64,000 nucleotides of DNA from an uncultured Bacteroidales bacterium (GTDB lineage: Bacteria > Bacteroidota > Bacteroidia > Bacteroidales > UBA1402), in NCBI GenBank assembly GCA_964438045.1, contig CAYTIY010000001.1:132-64131 (forward strand), in the 5' to 3' direction. Positions 42,742 to 53,997 of the stretch are shown in pieces. Both the position numbers and the translations under genes were made by a program. Numbering within the stretch: the stretch's first letter is position 1; every line of letters starts with the position of its first letter. The notes below the pieces were generated by a model that saw nothing but the letters and a program-made list of their open reading frames with translations, did no database searches and was not told the DNA's origin.

Positions 42742-43632
42742 CTATCGGGGATCTTGCCTTGGGTCTATACCCCAATACAGCTTCCTTCTGAGTGTTTGTA
42801 TGAAAGAGTGCCCCAGTGGTTTGACCGCCTTGATGGTGTAATCTGCCATGGATACTTGCAAATGAGCTGTACATGGCAATTGGAACGACTCGCCATCCAA
42901 CGACACCAGAAAATTGTGGCTTCTGCTTTCAATTTCCAAATTGATGATGGATGCATCTCCCACAATGATTGGTCTTACCGCCAGGTTATGGGGTGCCACG
43001 GCTGCTATCAACAGATCACGGCTGGTTGGCAACAATATTGGCCCTCCCACGCTCAGTGCATATGCAGTGGAACCTGTTGGCGTGGAAATCAGCAACCCGT
43101 CAGCCTGATAACCGTTAAGGTACTCCCCATTGACAAAAACATGGATGTTGATCATCGAAGAGCTGTCACCTTTCAGCACGGCAATTTCATTCAATGCGCA
43201 GGGATACTCGTTAAACAACTGACCATCAACATACAACTGAACCAATCGCAACTCATCAATGGTGTATCTTTTTTCGCTAATATCCTGCAGAAAAGGCCGC
43301 AAATCCACACATTCGGTATCCGCCAGGAAACCCAGACGCCCGGTATTGATGCCCAAAATGGGAATACCCTTGTTGCCGATGCGGTGCGCTGTTCGCAAAT
43401 AAGTGCCGTCACCACCTACACTGACAACAAAATCAGCAGTAAAATCATCCCCATCAATCAATCCATCCACACGAGGCGGATCCGTCATGACAGTTGTCAG
43501 GAAATCGTAAAAATTACGGCAAACAAGGAGCGAGCATCCCGTGTTGCGAAAGACATCGAACAGACTTACTACATGACACCGTTTCTCAGATTGAAAACGG
43601 CTTCCGAAAATGGCAATGGTTAATCCATTCAT
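42742..43632 (-). CDS. nadK: NAD(+) kinase
   Basis: Motifs are DFVVSVGGDGTYLR, GINTGRLGFLAD, ALNEI and ADGLLISTPTGSTAYALSVGGPIL. Confidence 0.9.
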   Translation of the reverse strand: MNGLTIAIFGSRFQSEKRCHVVSLFDVFRNTGCSLLVCRNFYDFLTTVMTDPPRVDGLIDGDDFTADFVVSVGGDGTYLRTAHRIGNKGIPILGINTGRLGFLADTECVDLRPFLQDISEKRYTIDELRLVQLYVDGQLFNEYPCALNEIAVLKGDSSSMINIHVFVNGEYLNGYQADGLLISTPTGSTAYALSVGGPILLPTSRDLLIAAVAPHNLAVRPIIVGDASIINLEIESRSHNFLVSLDGESFQLPCTAHLQVSMADYTIKAVKPLGHSFIQTLRRKLYWGIDPRQDPR

Positions 43633-43835
43633 GACATCATCAATTTGATAGTGGGCAGGTACAGTCCGACGGTTTTGTTTTAAATCGTTTTAACAACTCA
43701 AAAGTGATTTGATCAGAACCCTATACCTTCATACCTGAAAAAAAGATGTAACTTTGCGAACAGTGGTTGTCCGTTTTCCTTCCAAAGACTCTCAAGGCAG
43801 GTGATTGACACACAAAAGTGAGAAATCTTTGTGAC

Positions 43836-44549
43836 ATGACAAAACTTAGTGTAAACATCAATAAAATCGCCACGCTCAGGAATGCCAGAGGTGGTAATGT
43901 ACCTGACGTATTAAAAGCTGCGGTTGATTGCGAAGCTTTTGGAGCCGACGGAATCACGGTCCATCCAAGACCCGATGAACGGCATATTCGTTACGACGAT
44001 GTGCTGCAACTCAGACCATTAATTACAACTGAATTCAACATCGAAGGGAATCCTGAAAAACGTTTCATGGATTTGGTGCTCAAAGTCAAACCGCACCAAG
44101 TGACATTGGTACCGGACACGCACGACGCTGTCACTTCGAACGCAGGCTGGGACACTACGGCTCATTTCTCTTTGTTGACGGATATCATTGACGAACTTAG
44201 GAACAACGGCATCCGCAGTTCCATATTTGTGGGAACTGACATCAAAGACATTCAAAATGCGGCCAAGATCGGCGCGGATCGAATCGAACTGTATACCGAG
44301 CCATTTGCAGCCGGGTACTCCAAAAACAAAGATTCCGCCATAGCCCCTTTCATTGAAGCCGCGAAAGTGGCAAAGAGCCTTGGACTGGGTGTGAACGCAG
44401 GGCACGACCTAAACCTGGAGAATCTGTCCTTTTTTCATGAAAACATTTATTGGATTGAAGAGGTATCCATTGGCCACGCTCTGATTGCCGATGCTCTTTA
44501 CCTCGGTTTGAAAAAAGCCATCGAATCCTATAAAAATTGCCTTCGCTAA
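43836..44549 (+). CDS. pdxJ: Pyridoxine 5'-phosphate synthase
   Basis: [23 protein letters not shown]...[16 protein letters not shown]...EFNIEGNP...VTLVPD is the PdxJ pattern. The ATG is at 43836; the track start is GTG. Confidence 0.9.
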   Translation: MTKLSVNINKIATLRNARGGNVPDVLKAAVDCEAFGADGITVHPRPDERHIRYDDVLQLRPLITTEFNIEGNPEKRFMDLVLKVKPHQVTLVPDTHDAVTSNAGWDTTAHFSLLTDIIDELRNNGIRSSIFVGTDIKDIQNAAKIGADRIELYTEPFAAGYSKNKDSAIAPFIEAAKVAKSLGLGVNAGHDLNLENLSFFHENIYWIEEVSIGHALIADALYLGLKKAIESYKNCLR

Positions 44550-44564
44550 CTAAACCCACTTCAT

Positions 44565-45272
44565 ATGAACCTGTTCCTGTTCCTTCAAGCCACCGGGGAA
44601 ACGCTACCAGTTCTTTCCGACATCAAAGAAGCCGCCACCCAGGCTCCCTCCTTGAGCTTTTTTGACATGGCTCTAAAAGGTGGTTGGTTGATGATCCCGT
44701 TGGTGTTGTTGTTGTTCCTTGCCATTTATATATTCATCGAACGCCTGATGGTAATCAACAAGGCATCTAAAGACGATCCTTCGTTCATGGACAGGATCAA
44801 AGATTATATCCAGGGGGGCAATCTTGATTCAGCTATCAAATTGTGCAAAAAGACACAGACCCCTTCTTCCAGGATGATCGAGAAAGGCATTACCCGCATT
44901 GGCCGACCAATGAACGACGTTCAAATTGCCATTGAGAATGTGGGCAATATTGAAGTTTCCAAACTCGAGCGAGGGCTTTCGGTACTCGCTTCTGCCGCAG
45001 GCGGTGCCCCAATGATTGGATTTCTGGGGACTGTCATGGGAATGGTACAGGCGTTCTTCGACATGGCTACGGCCGGAAGCAACGTGGACATCACTGTTCT
45101 ATCTTCAGGAATTTATGTAGCCATGGTAACCACGGTGGGAGGACTCATTGTTGGCATTTCTGCCTACTTTGCATACAACTACCTGGTTTCCAGAATCAAG
45201 AGCATTGTAAACAGTCTGGAATCCAAGACCATGGAATTCATGGACTTGTTGCATGAACCCACGAAACAGTGA
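44565..45272 (+). CDS. exbB: MotA/TolQ/ExbB proton-channel protein
   Basis: 235 aa with three TM segments. LASAAGGAPMIGFLGTVMGMVQAF is the ExbB/TolQ signature. Confidence 0.85.
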   Translation: MNLFLFLQATGETLPVLSDIKEAATQAPSLSFFDMALKGGWLMIPLVLLLFLAIYIFIERLMVINKASKDDPSFMDRIKDYIQGGNLDSAIKLCKKTQTPSSRMIEKGITRIGRPMNDVQIAIENVGNIEVSKLERGLSVLASAAGGAPMIGFLGTVMGMVQAFFDMATAGSNVDITVLSSGIYVAMVTTVGGLIVGISAYFAYNYLVSRIKSIVNSLESKTMEFMDLLHEPTKQ

Positions 45273-45276
45273 CACC

Positions 45277-45705
45277 ATGGCCCTGAAACAAAGAAACAAG
45301 ATCGATGCCAGTTTCAGCATGTCGTCCATGACCGACATCATTTTTTTGTTGCTTCTGTTTTTTATGATCACCTCAACGGTTGTAAATCCAAACGCTATAA
45401 AAATCCTGCTGCCTGAAAGCAAGCAACAGACTTCAGCCAAACCGCTTACCCGAGTCACGATTGATAAGGATCTAAACTATTACGTCGCTTTTGGAAAAGA
45501 AAAGGAACGCCTTGTCAGTTTTGAGGAAATTGAGTCTTTCCTGCAGTCCAAGATTCTCGAGGAACCTGACATGTATGTAGCCTTGTATGCCGATGAAACC
45601 ATCCCCTATAAGGAATTGGTAAAAGTCCTCAACATTTGCAACAACAATAAATTCAAGTTGGTTCTGGCAACCCGCCCGCAAAAGGATGACGATCCCGAAA
45701 ATTAA
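45277..45705 (+). CDS. exbD: ExbD/TolR biopolymer transport protein
   Basis: MTDIIFLLLLFFMITS is the ExbD TM signature, followed by a periplasmic domain. An alternative ATG at 45253 overlaps exbB. Confidence 0.85.
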   Translation: MALKQRNKIDASFSMSSMTDIIFLLLLFFMITSTVVNPNAIKILLPESKQQTSAKPLTRVTIDKDLNYYVAFGKEKERLVSFEEIESFLQSKILEEPDMYVALYADETIPYKELVKVLNICNNNKFKLVLATRPQKDDDPEN

Positions 45706-46429
45706 CCGGACCGCATTGGCGGTGACATGCCTGATTTACCTGTTGCTCGCCGCCATGTTACTGTTCTTCGGTTTGGAACGCACCATACCTCCAGAACAGG
45801 AGGAAGGTCTGTTGGTTAATTTTGGAACGACGGATGCTTCATCGGGCCTTCTCGAACCAACCGAACAACAAACTCCCGACCAGGCATCAACCATTTCCCC
45901 GGAACCCTCTGCGGAAGAATTGCTGACGCAAGATATAGAACCCTCTGTCAATCTGGAGAAAAAAAAGAAAGAAGACGATCGAAAAAAGATTCAGGCCGAA
46001 CAAGAACGAAAAGCATCTGAGATTCGACTTCGGACTGCCAATGTCTTTGCACGCTCTACCGGAGAATCGTCCAATGAGGGAAACGCCTCCTTCGGTACAG
46101 GAAATCAAGGAAATCCGAATGGCGATCCCAATGCCCCACATTCAGCAGGAAGCGGCTATGGGAATTTTTCACTGGACGGCCGTAAGGTGGACGGCATGCT
46201 TCCAAAGCCCTCCTATACCATTCAGGATGAAGGCACTGTTGTTGTCAAGATTGTTGTAAACCCCAAGGGAACCGTCATTTCGGCCACGGTTAATCTTCAG
46301 GGAACCACAACCGACAATCCGGCTCTTCGTTCGGCAGCATTGAATGCAGCAAAATTGGCGCGCTTCAACAACATTTCGGGAACACAAAACCAAACTGGCT
46401 CCATTACGTATCGGTTTAGATTACGCTAA
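45686..46429 (+). CDS. tonB: TonB-family energy transducer
   Basis: It has an N-terminal TM anchor and a charged Pro/Glu/Lys-rich linker. The C-terminal TonB_C pattern is EGTVVVKIVVNPKGTVISATV...ALRSAALNAAKLARF. Confidence 0.75.
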   Translation: MTIPKINRTALAVTCLIYLLLAAMLLFFGLERTIPPEQEEGLLVNFGTTDASSGLLEPTEQQTPDQASTISPEPSAEELLTQDIEPSVNLEKKKKEDDRKKIQAEQERKASEIRLRTANVFARSTGESSNEGNASFGTGNQGNPNGDPNAPHSAGSGYGNFSLDGRKVDGMLPKPSYTIQDEGTVVVKIVVNPKGTVISATVNLQGTTTDNPALRSAALNAAKLARFNNISGTQNQTGSITYRFRLR

Positions 46430-46440
46430 CACCCAACCAT

Positions 46441-48317
<1,877 letters not shown>

Positions 48318-48347
48318 ATCATCCTGCTATGTAACACCTCCATGGGT

Positions 48348-48393
48348 GGCCGTTTCCGTTTGACAGACGGATACGGCCTCCTTGGATTTTTTT
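48348..48393 (+). terminator. Putative terminator of eno
   Basis: ggccgtttccgt (48348-48359) pairs with acggatacggcc (48367-48378) with one mismatch. A T7 run follows 7 nt downstream. Confidence 0.5.
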
Positions 48394-48408
48394 ATACTTG
48401 TAACATTC

Positions 48409-48924
48409 ATGAATAAGAACATTATTTTACTTTTGATTTTGGTTTTCTTTTCAGGCAGCCTGAACACTGTTGCACAACGTCATCAGGGTAGACCGGCCGT
48501 TCTTCAGGAAATACCGGTTCAGTCAGTACTTAAAGAGACCTTTTCCGAAGAAGCCACGCTGAAAAAAGCATCGGACTACTGGTTCAAGGTTGTCAACCCA
48601 AAAGGAAAAATCCTTGGATACGCCATGACAAGTACCGATTACTGCAAAGACGTGAAAGGATTTGCCAACACAACTCCAGTCGTCATTATCACCGACAAAA
48701 AATTCACCATCAAAAAGGTGGCCATGCTTTCCAACTACGAATCACCCAATTACGTCAAGCGACTGGTCGATGGTGGATTCTTTAGCAATTGGGTTGGAAA
48801 GAAAGTAAAAGAAGCCCAAAAAGACAGGGTTGATGGATACACGGGTGCCACTTATACAGCTAATGCTGTTGTCAAGAACGTGAACTTCCTGCTTGAGAAC
48901 GGGGGAAAGAAATTGCCCAAGTAA
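48409..48924 (+). CDS. FMN-binding domain protein (secreted or membrane-anchored)
   Basis: It has a signal/anchor sequence MNKNIILLLILVFFSGS. VDGYTGATYTANAV is the FMN_bind covalent-attachment-type motif. Confidence 0.65.
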   Translation: MNKNIILLLILVFFSGSLNTVAQRHQGRPAVLQEIPVQSVLKETFSEEATLKKASDYWFKVVNPKGKILGYAMTSTDYCKDVKGFANTTPVVIITDKKFTIKKVAMLSNYESPNYVKRLVDGGFFSNWVGKKVKEAQKDRVDGYTGATYTANAVVKNVNFLLENGGKKLPK

Positions 48925-48926
48925 GC

Positions 48927-50186
48927 TTAGTAAAGGGACATGTAAACCTGTCGGACAAAATCCTGGTAAACCCTGTCGGTATACCAGGATACTTTGTTTG
49001 TATAAAACAGTATGATCAGATTTTCCTTTGGATCGATTATAAACTCGGTGCCATAGCACCCACTTCCGAACAGCGATCCTTTTGATTTCATGGAACGGAC
49101 AGCCAACTCACGGTTGACAATCTCAAGCCCCAGTCCATATTTGTTTTTTCCGGAAACTCCAAACAGCTGGTCAGAACTCATCTGTTCAATGGTCTTTCGT
49201 GACAAAATCCGCTTTCTGTTGTAAACGCCACCGTCCAGAATCATCTCGCAAACATGGGAGAAATCATCAATGGTTCCACTCATTCCGGATCCACCTCCAA
49301 AAAAACGGCGGTTGCTCGACAGGGGATACACTTGTTCCAGAGAATCTTCCGACAACGATACCGAATCCTCCTGTGAAGACTTTTGATACAACGGCACCAA
49401 CCGTTTTGACGCTTTCCTGGTTAGATAAAAATGGGTATTCTTCATGTCCAACGGTTCCAATATTCGTTCCTCGATGAGTTTATCCAGTCGTTTACCGGAA
49501 ACCACCTCAGCCAAACGGCCGGCAACTTCCATCCCAAACCCCTTGACAAATCCAGTACCCGGATCAAATTTCAGTGGTAGTCTGGACATTCTTCGGACTA
49601 TTTCTTCTGTTGTGACAGTCGAATCGGAGTCATTGTAAAAAATGGCCCTGACATCCTGATCGTATGTATCATAAGCAATGCCCGAAGTATGACTGAGAAG
49701 TTGTCGGATGGTTACATCTCCATTTGCCGGCCTCGTAACCAAGTCACCTCCTTCATACGACCCGGACAGCCTGACAACCGATTGTGAAAACTCTGGCAAA
49801 TACTGTTTTACAGGATCATCCAAGTCAAACTTTCCTTCCTCGTACAACGTCATCAAAGCAAGGGTTGTGATCAATGCCGTTTGGGCCTCCATTCTAAATA
49901 TCGCATCCCTCTTAATGGATTTCTTCCCTCTAAGATCGGTTTTACCAAACGACTTGACATAAACGTCCTTCCCTTTATAGGACACATAGCAGACAACAAA
50001 GGGCACAGCTTGATCATTGATCGCTTTTTTCATACAATCGTCTATTCGGCTGAGTCCCTCCGATGAAAAAACGGTTCCAACACGGATTTTCTCTCCCGCT
50101 GTTTTCCTTACGCGCTCCACTGACCGACACGGCAATGCCACCAATATGGCAATGCCTAGCAACAAGGCGATACGTACCGTTTTCAT
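48927..50186 (-). CDS. Beta-lactamase-fold (serine hydrolase family) protein lacking the SxxK catalytic motif
   Basis: Family pattern: AIFRMEAQTALITTLALMTLYEEGKFDLDDPVKQYLPEF, LLSHTSGI. The position of S-x-x-K reads A-Q-T-A (codons at 49875-49886). Confidence 0.7.
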   Translation of the reverse strand: MKTVRIALLLGIAILVALPCRSVERVRKTAGEKIRVGTVFSSEGLSRIDDCMKKAINDQAVPFVVCYVSYKGKDVYVKSFGKTDLRGKKSIKRDAIFRMEAQTALITTLALMTLYEEGKFDLDDPVKQYLPEFSQSVVRLSGSYEGGDLVTRPANGDVTIRQLLSHTSGIAYDTYDQDVRAIFYNDSDSTVTTEEIVRRMSRLPLKFDPGTGFVKGFGMEVAGRLAEVVSGKRLDKLIEERILEPLDMKNTHFYLTRKASKRLVPLYQKSSQEDSVSLSEDSLEQVYPLSSNRRFFGGGSGMSGTIDDFSHVCEMILDGGVYNRKRILSRKTIEQMSSDQLFGVSGKNKYGLGLEIVNRELAVRSMKSKGSLFGSGCYGTEFIIDPKENLIILFYTNKVSWYTDRVYQDFVRQVYMSLY

Positions 50187-50198
50187 AATGCTTTACAC

Positions 50199-51665
50199 TT
50201 AAATTGAACTCAATGCTGTAGTTAAATAATGCCAGAAACGCTCCACACTGGCTACTTCTACTTTTTCATCGGGTGAATGCGGAAATGAAATGGTAGGACC
50301 AAACGAAATCATTTCCATGTCTCCTACCGCGTGTTGAATGATACCGCATTCAAGACCGGCATGAATAACGTTCACTTCAGGACGTTTACCAAACAAACGT
50401 TCGTAAGCTGCCACCATGACATCCATTAAATAAGATTTCAGATTGGGCATCCAACCCGGATAATCACCCGAAGTGCCCACCTTAGCACCAGCCAATGAAC
50501 ATGTGCTCTGAATCATCGAAACAAGCTGCTCCTTCATGAAATCAGAGGCACTTCTCACCAGGAATTGACATATTACCTCGCCCTCGCGGGTCTCTACAAT
50601 TGAAAGGTTGGATGATGTCTCCACCGTTTTCTGCATGCCGGGGATGTACCGAATAACGCCGTCATGCACAGCAACCATGGCATTGATGACATCATCCTGT
50701 ACTTCAACTGGCAATACGCCATTCGGCAGGTTCACCGGTAAAACACCAATCGATATAGCGTCTTCAATACCGTTGTACAGTTGTTTTAAGGAAGATTCTG
50801 TCTCTTTTATGTATTTCACCAGTTCCTCGTAACGGGATTCCGGAACGGTTAAAACAGCAAAAGCCTCCCTGGGTATTGCATTGCGCAACGTACCTCCACG
50901 ATAGGCAGCCAGGCGCACACCAAAATTTCGTACAAGGAGCTTCAATAAATTAAACATGACCTTGTTGGCGTTTGCCCTACCCAAATGAATGTCAACGCCG
51001 GAATGCCCCCCTTTCAGTCCGGTCAACGTCAGCTCTATGGCACGGTGTTTATCCGAAACAGGTGACAACCTTTCGTAAGCAAATAACGCATCTACATTTA
51101 CACCACCAGCACAGCCGACAAATAATTCTCCCTCAGCTTCAGAGTCAAGATTGATTAATGTACGTCCATCAATTGAATCTGCAGCAAGCCCGAATGCGCC
51201 GTCCATACCCGTTTCTTCATCTATCGTGAAAAGAGCTTCTATTGGTCCATGCACAAGTGTTTCCGAAGCCAGGACAGCCATGATGGCAGCAACCCCGATT
51301 CCATTATCAGCACCCAATGTCGTATCGGTAGCATGGACCCATCCATCCACCAATCGTGGTTTGATGGGATCTTTTTCGAAATCGTGGATTATATGGCTGT
51401 TTTTCTGAGGCACCATATCCAAATGTGACTGCAACACAACGATGCGACGTGACTCCATACCCAGAGTGGCGGGTTTGGTTATCAGAATATTTCCAATTGC
51501 ATCTTTTTTTGTTGGCAATCCTAGTTTTTGTCCAAATTCAATCATGAAATGTTGAATCGGCTCCATATGGCCGGATGGTCTGGGAACCTGGGTCAATGCA
51601 TAGAAATGTTGCCACAACTCGGTAGGGTTAAGTTTGCTGATCGTGTCTTCCATCTGTTCGTTCAT
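50199..51665 (-). CDS. pepD: Aminoacyl-histidine dipeptidase (Xaa-His dipeptidase, M20 family)
   Basis: LNPTELWQHFYAL..., VVLQSHLDMVPQKN, TTLGADNGIGVAA, IDEETGMDGA, GLKGGHSG and IHAGLECG align by eye with E. coli PepD. ATGs occur at 51663-51665 and 51651-53; the track start is GTG. Confidence 0.9.
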   Translation of the reverse strand: MNEQMEDTISKLNPTELWQHFYALTQVPRPSGHMEPIQHFMIEFGQKLGLPTKKDAIGNILITKPATLGMESRRIVVLQSHLDMVPQKNSHIIHDFEKDPIKPRLVDGWVHATDTTLGADNGIGVAAIMAVLASETLVHGPIEALFTIDEETGMDGAFGLAADSIDGRTLINLDSEAEGELFVGCAGGVNVDALFAYERLSPVSDKHRAIELTLTGLKGGHSGVDIHLGRANANKVMFNLLKLLVRNFGVRLAAYRGGTLRNAIPREAFAVLTVPESRYEELVKYIKETESSLKQLYNGIEDAISIGVLPVNLPNGVLPVEVQDDVINAMVAVHDGVIRYIPGMQKTVETSSNLSIVETREGEVICQFLVRSASDFMKEQLVSMIQSTCSLAGAKVGTSGDYPGWMPNLKSYLMDVMVAAYERLFGKRPEVNVIHAGLECGIIQHAVGDMEMISFGPTISFPHSPDEKVEVASVERFWHYLTTALSSI

Positions 51666-51666
51666 T

Positions 51667-51704
51667 AAAAAAAAATGTACCACCGGTTAAAACCAGGTGG
51701 TACA
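51667..51704 (-). terminator. Rho-independent terminator of the DUF4956 / VTC / CotH operon
   Basis: tgtaccacc (51676-51684) pairs with ggtggtaca (51696-51704). On the minus strand it is followed by T9 (complement of 51667-51675). Confidence 0.65.
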
Positions 51705-51750
51705 CAAAAATAACACAACCGAGTGTATATACCCTATAAAAATGCAAAAA

Positions 51751-52488
51751 TCAATAGTTTTCAGGTTTGAAATTTTCAGGTTTCAATTGCTTCGAAGAAA
51801 TATTGTGTGTCAGTTCGTTGTTGTTCGGTTTATAAAACAACTTGATGTATGCAACATCACGTAAGAAATCAATATTCCCCACTTCCACCTTAATGATATC
51901 CAGCCCCGTACGGTTTTTCAAATCCTCAATAAGCTCCTTTTCACGTTCAGGCACCACATTCTGAATCTTGTCGTACAGTACAATCTTGAAAGCAGTATGT
52001 TTGAGAACTTTGTTGTTTTCAAGTATCCATGTGACAATCAAGAACAACATGTTGGTCGCAAACAATTCAGAGTAACTGACAGTCATTGCCAGTCCGTTGA
52101 TCACAGAAATACCGATGATTTCAAACAAGTATGTCATTTCCCGAATGGGAACCGTTTCCGTTCGATAACGTATCATGCCAAAGATGGCAAACAATCCCAA
52201 AGCAAAACCCATTTGCAACTTGACATTGTCTAACAGGAAGATCAACAGGAAAATAGTGACACTGAAAAGCAGGAAGGTAAAGTAATAGTCCCGGCGTTCA
52301 CTTTTCTTGTAGTAAAAAAACTGGATGATAATCCAACATATCAATAAGTTGAAACCAAAACGAATGAGCAATTGTGCCAAACTTGGACCATCAAAAAGGG
52401 GAATATCCAGGAAATTATAATTGGGCACATCTTGGACGGTACCGGTCGAAAGTAGTTGTTCCTTTAGTAAGAGATCTGTAGAAGTCAT
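51751..52488 (-). CDS. DUF4956-like polytopic membrane protein
   Basis: 245 aa with 4-5 TM segments and a soluble C-terminal ~80 aa. Its start overlaps the VTC gene stop as ATGA (52485-52488). The family assignment is from recollection of the conserved CotH / VTC / DUF4956 gene trio. Confidence 0.6.
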   Translation of the reverse strand: MTSTDLLLKEQLLSTGTVQDVPNYNFLDIPLFDGPSLAQLLIRFGFNLLICWIIIQFFYYKKSERRDYYFTFLLFSVTIFLLIFLLDNVKLQMGFALGLFAIFGMIRYRTETVPIREMTYLFEIIGISVINGLAMTVSYSELFATNMLFLIVTWILENNKVLKHTAFKIVLYDKIQNVVPEREKELIEDLKNRTGLDIIKVEVGNIDFLRDVAYIKLFYKPNNNELTHNISSKQLKPENFKPENY

Positions 52489-53261
52489 TTTTCTGTACTG
52501 GTTAATTTATTGATGTATCTAATCTTAGTTCTAAATCGGTTGTTTTTTGCCGATGGATCAGTCATGACAGTTCCCAAGCAGTACTTGCTTATGCCTTTCG
52601 GACGAATCCGGCAATCCAGCAAATAGTCCTTGATTTTTGAGTGCACCCTTCCGTCCTGTTTAAGTTCAATGATGATCAAATTATTCATTACCACCTGTTT
52701 ACCATTCCTGCAATTGAAAAAATGCAGGTTTGTGTCTATGGTTATCCGCTCAGAAAGGTTGTTGTTCACCAACGTGATCCGATCAAATGAGGTATTTACA
52801 TGTGGAAAAAGGCGTTGTTCGTCATACGGAGAATTTTGTGTCAGAAACTCGTGCAGTTCAGTATTTAATGATTCACAAACTTCCTGATCTCCCTGCAATT
52901 GAACCCTCACCTTGTTTGTACGTCCCTTGTTGTTTTTTTTCTTTATCTCCAGAAAGTGCAAATCTGAATCGACATATGTCCTCAACCGTACTTTCTGACG
53001 AGGAAGCTTACCATTCTGGTGGAGTGTGTACATTTCCAGGTCGCTGGTGTCGTAATACTGCGTACTGTATTGGCTGATGGAATGACCTTCCACATGCTGA
53101 ATGCGAAAATCCTTTTCGGCAAATTCAAGCAACTTGGGGAGCAGGCTCGAGGGGGCAAGGTACTTGGTATCTATCCGATTCATCAACCGGACACCTTTCA
53201 TTTCGGCCAGCGTAATAGGCTTGATGTGGTTGCACAAGGTTTGCATCAATGTATTGTTCAT
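52485..53261 (-). CDS. VTC-domain (polyphosphate polymerase / triphosphate-tunnel) protein
   Basis: RLMNRIDTKYL, YSTQYYDTSDLEMY, RQKVRLRTY and HFLEIKKKNNKGRTNKVRV match the bacterial VTC-domain pattern. The start was set at the ATG at 53259-53261 to avoid a 65-nt overlap with the upstream gene. Confidence 0.7.
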   Translation of the reverse strand: MNNTLMQTLCNHIKPITLAEMKGVRLMNRIDTKYLAPSSLLPKLLEFAEKDFRIQHVEGHSISQYSTQYYDTSDLEMYTLHQNGKLPRQKVRLRTYVDSDLHFLEIKKKNNKGRTNKVRVQLQGDQEVCESLNTELHEFLTQNSPYDEQRLFPHVNTSFDRITLVNNNLSERITIDTNLHFFNCRNGKQVVMNNLIIIELKQDGRVHSKIKDYLLDCRIRPKGISKYCLGTVMTDPSAKNNRFRTKIRYINKLTSTEK

Positions 53262-53280
53262 TATATCAGTCACTGCATTG

Positions 53281-53997
53281 TCACAATTTAACTCCCAACC
53301 CGATGGTAAGGACATTTGATCGTTCGGCCTCATCGCTGTCAACATCTGATGTATACAGATATCCCAACTTGACAGACCATTTTTTCTGAATCGTATATTT
53401 CACACCGGCACTCCATCGATAGCTCTTGAATTGCATCGCGTCTGATCCATTTTCTAGGGCGTTGAATAATTCAACAAAAGCAAACGGTTCAAGAGGCAAT
53501 CCTTTTATGTTGTATGATACACCAGCTTTCGAACGCAACACAAATTTCGGGTTTGTTTTTGCAGTCGACAACGAATCGAGAACCCTGTACGTAGATTGTA
53601 CACGTTCTCTCAGTGTAAAATCAAATCGACCGAGGGTATATTCGCCTTCACCGTATACATTGAACCGGTGTCTCAGTTCCCAGAAATTGTGTTCGTGCTT
53701 GTTATCCCTTGGATGATAGTAATTGATCAACACATAGGAGGCTCCGGCTGTAAGGTAGGACCCAATTCCGTAACTGAGATCCACGGATGTCTCAAATTTA
53801 TCGGTCGTCAACAAATCGTTCCTCAACCGAAATTCCTCTTCCACCTTCAACTTCAAACCGTTGTTGAATTTTTTACTGACTTCCACACCGGACCAGATAC
53901 CAAAATCAGCATCCTGAGCTGCCACGGCACCTGCAAGTGTACATAATGCAGCCAGCAGAAGCCCCTTTTTATTTATCATTTTAACTATATTTCTCAT
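53281..53997 (-). CDS. Small outer-membrane beta-barrel protein (DUF2490-like)
   Basis: 238 aa with a signal peptide, alternating amphipathic beta-strands, and a terminal TIGLGVKL. Its ATG overlaps the CotH stop as ATGA (53994-53997). Confidence 0.55.
   Translation of the reverse strand: MRNIVKMINKKGLLLAALCTLAGAVAAQDADFGIWSGVEVSKKFNNGLKLKVEEEFRLRNDLLTTDKFETSVDLSYGIGSYLTAGASYVLINYYHPRDNKHEHNFWELRHRFNVYGEGEYTLGRFDFTLRERVQSTYRVLDSLSTAKTNPKFVLRSKAGVSYNIKGLPLEPFAFVELFNALENGSDAMQFKSYRWSAGVKYTIQKKWSVKLGYLYTSDVDSDEAERSNVLTIGLGVKL

Noticed and set aside
42754-43623. A 289-aa plus-strand ORF covering almost the same interval as nadK.
   Set aside because: The minus-strand product carries the full set of NAD kinase motifs (GGDGT, NEI, TPTGSTAY). 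The plus-strand product has none, so it is an antisense artefact.
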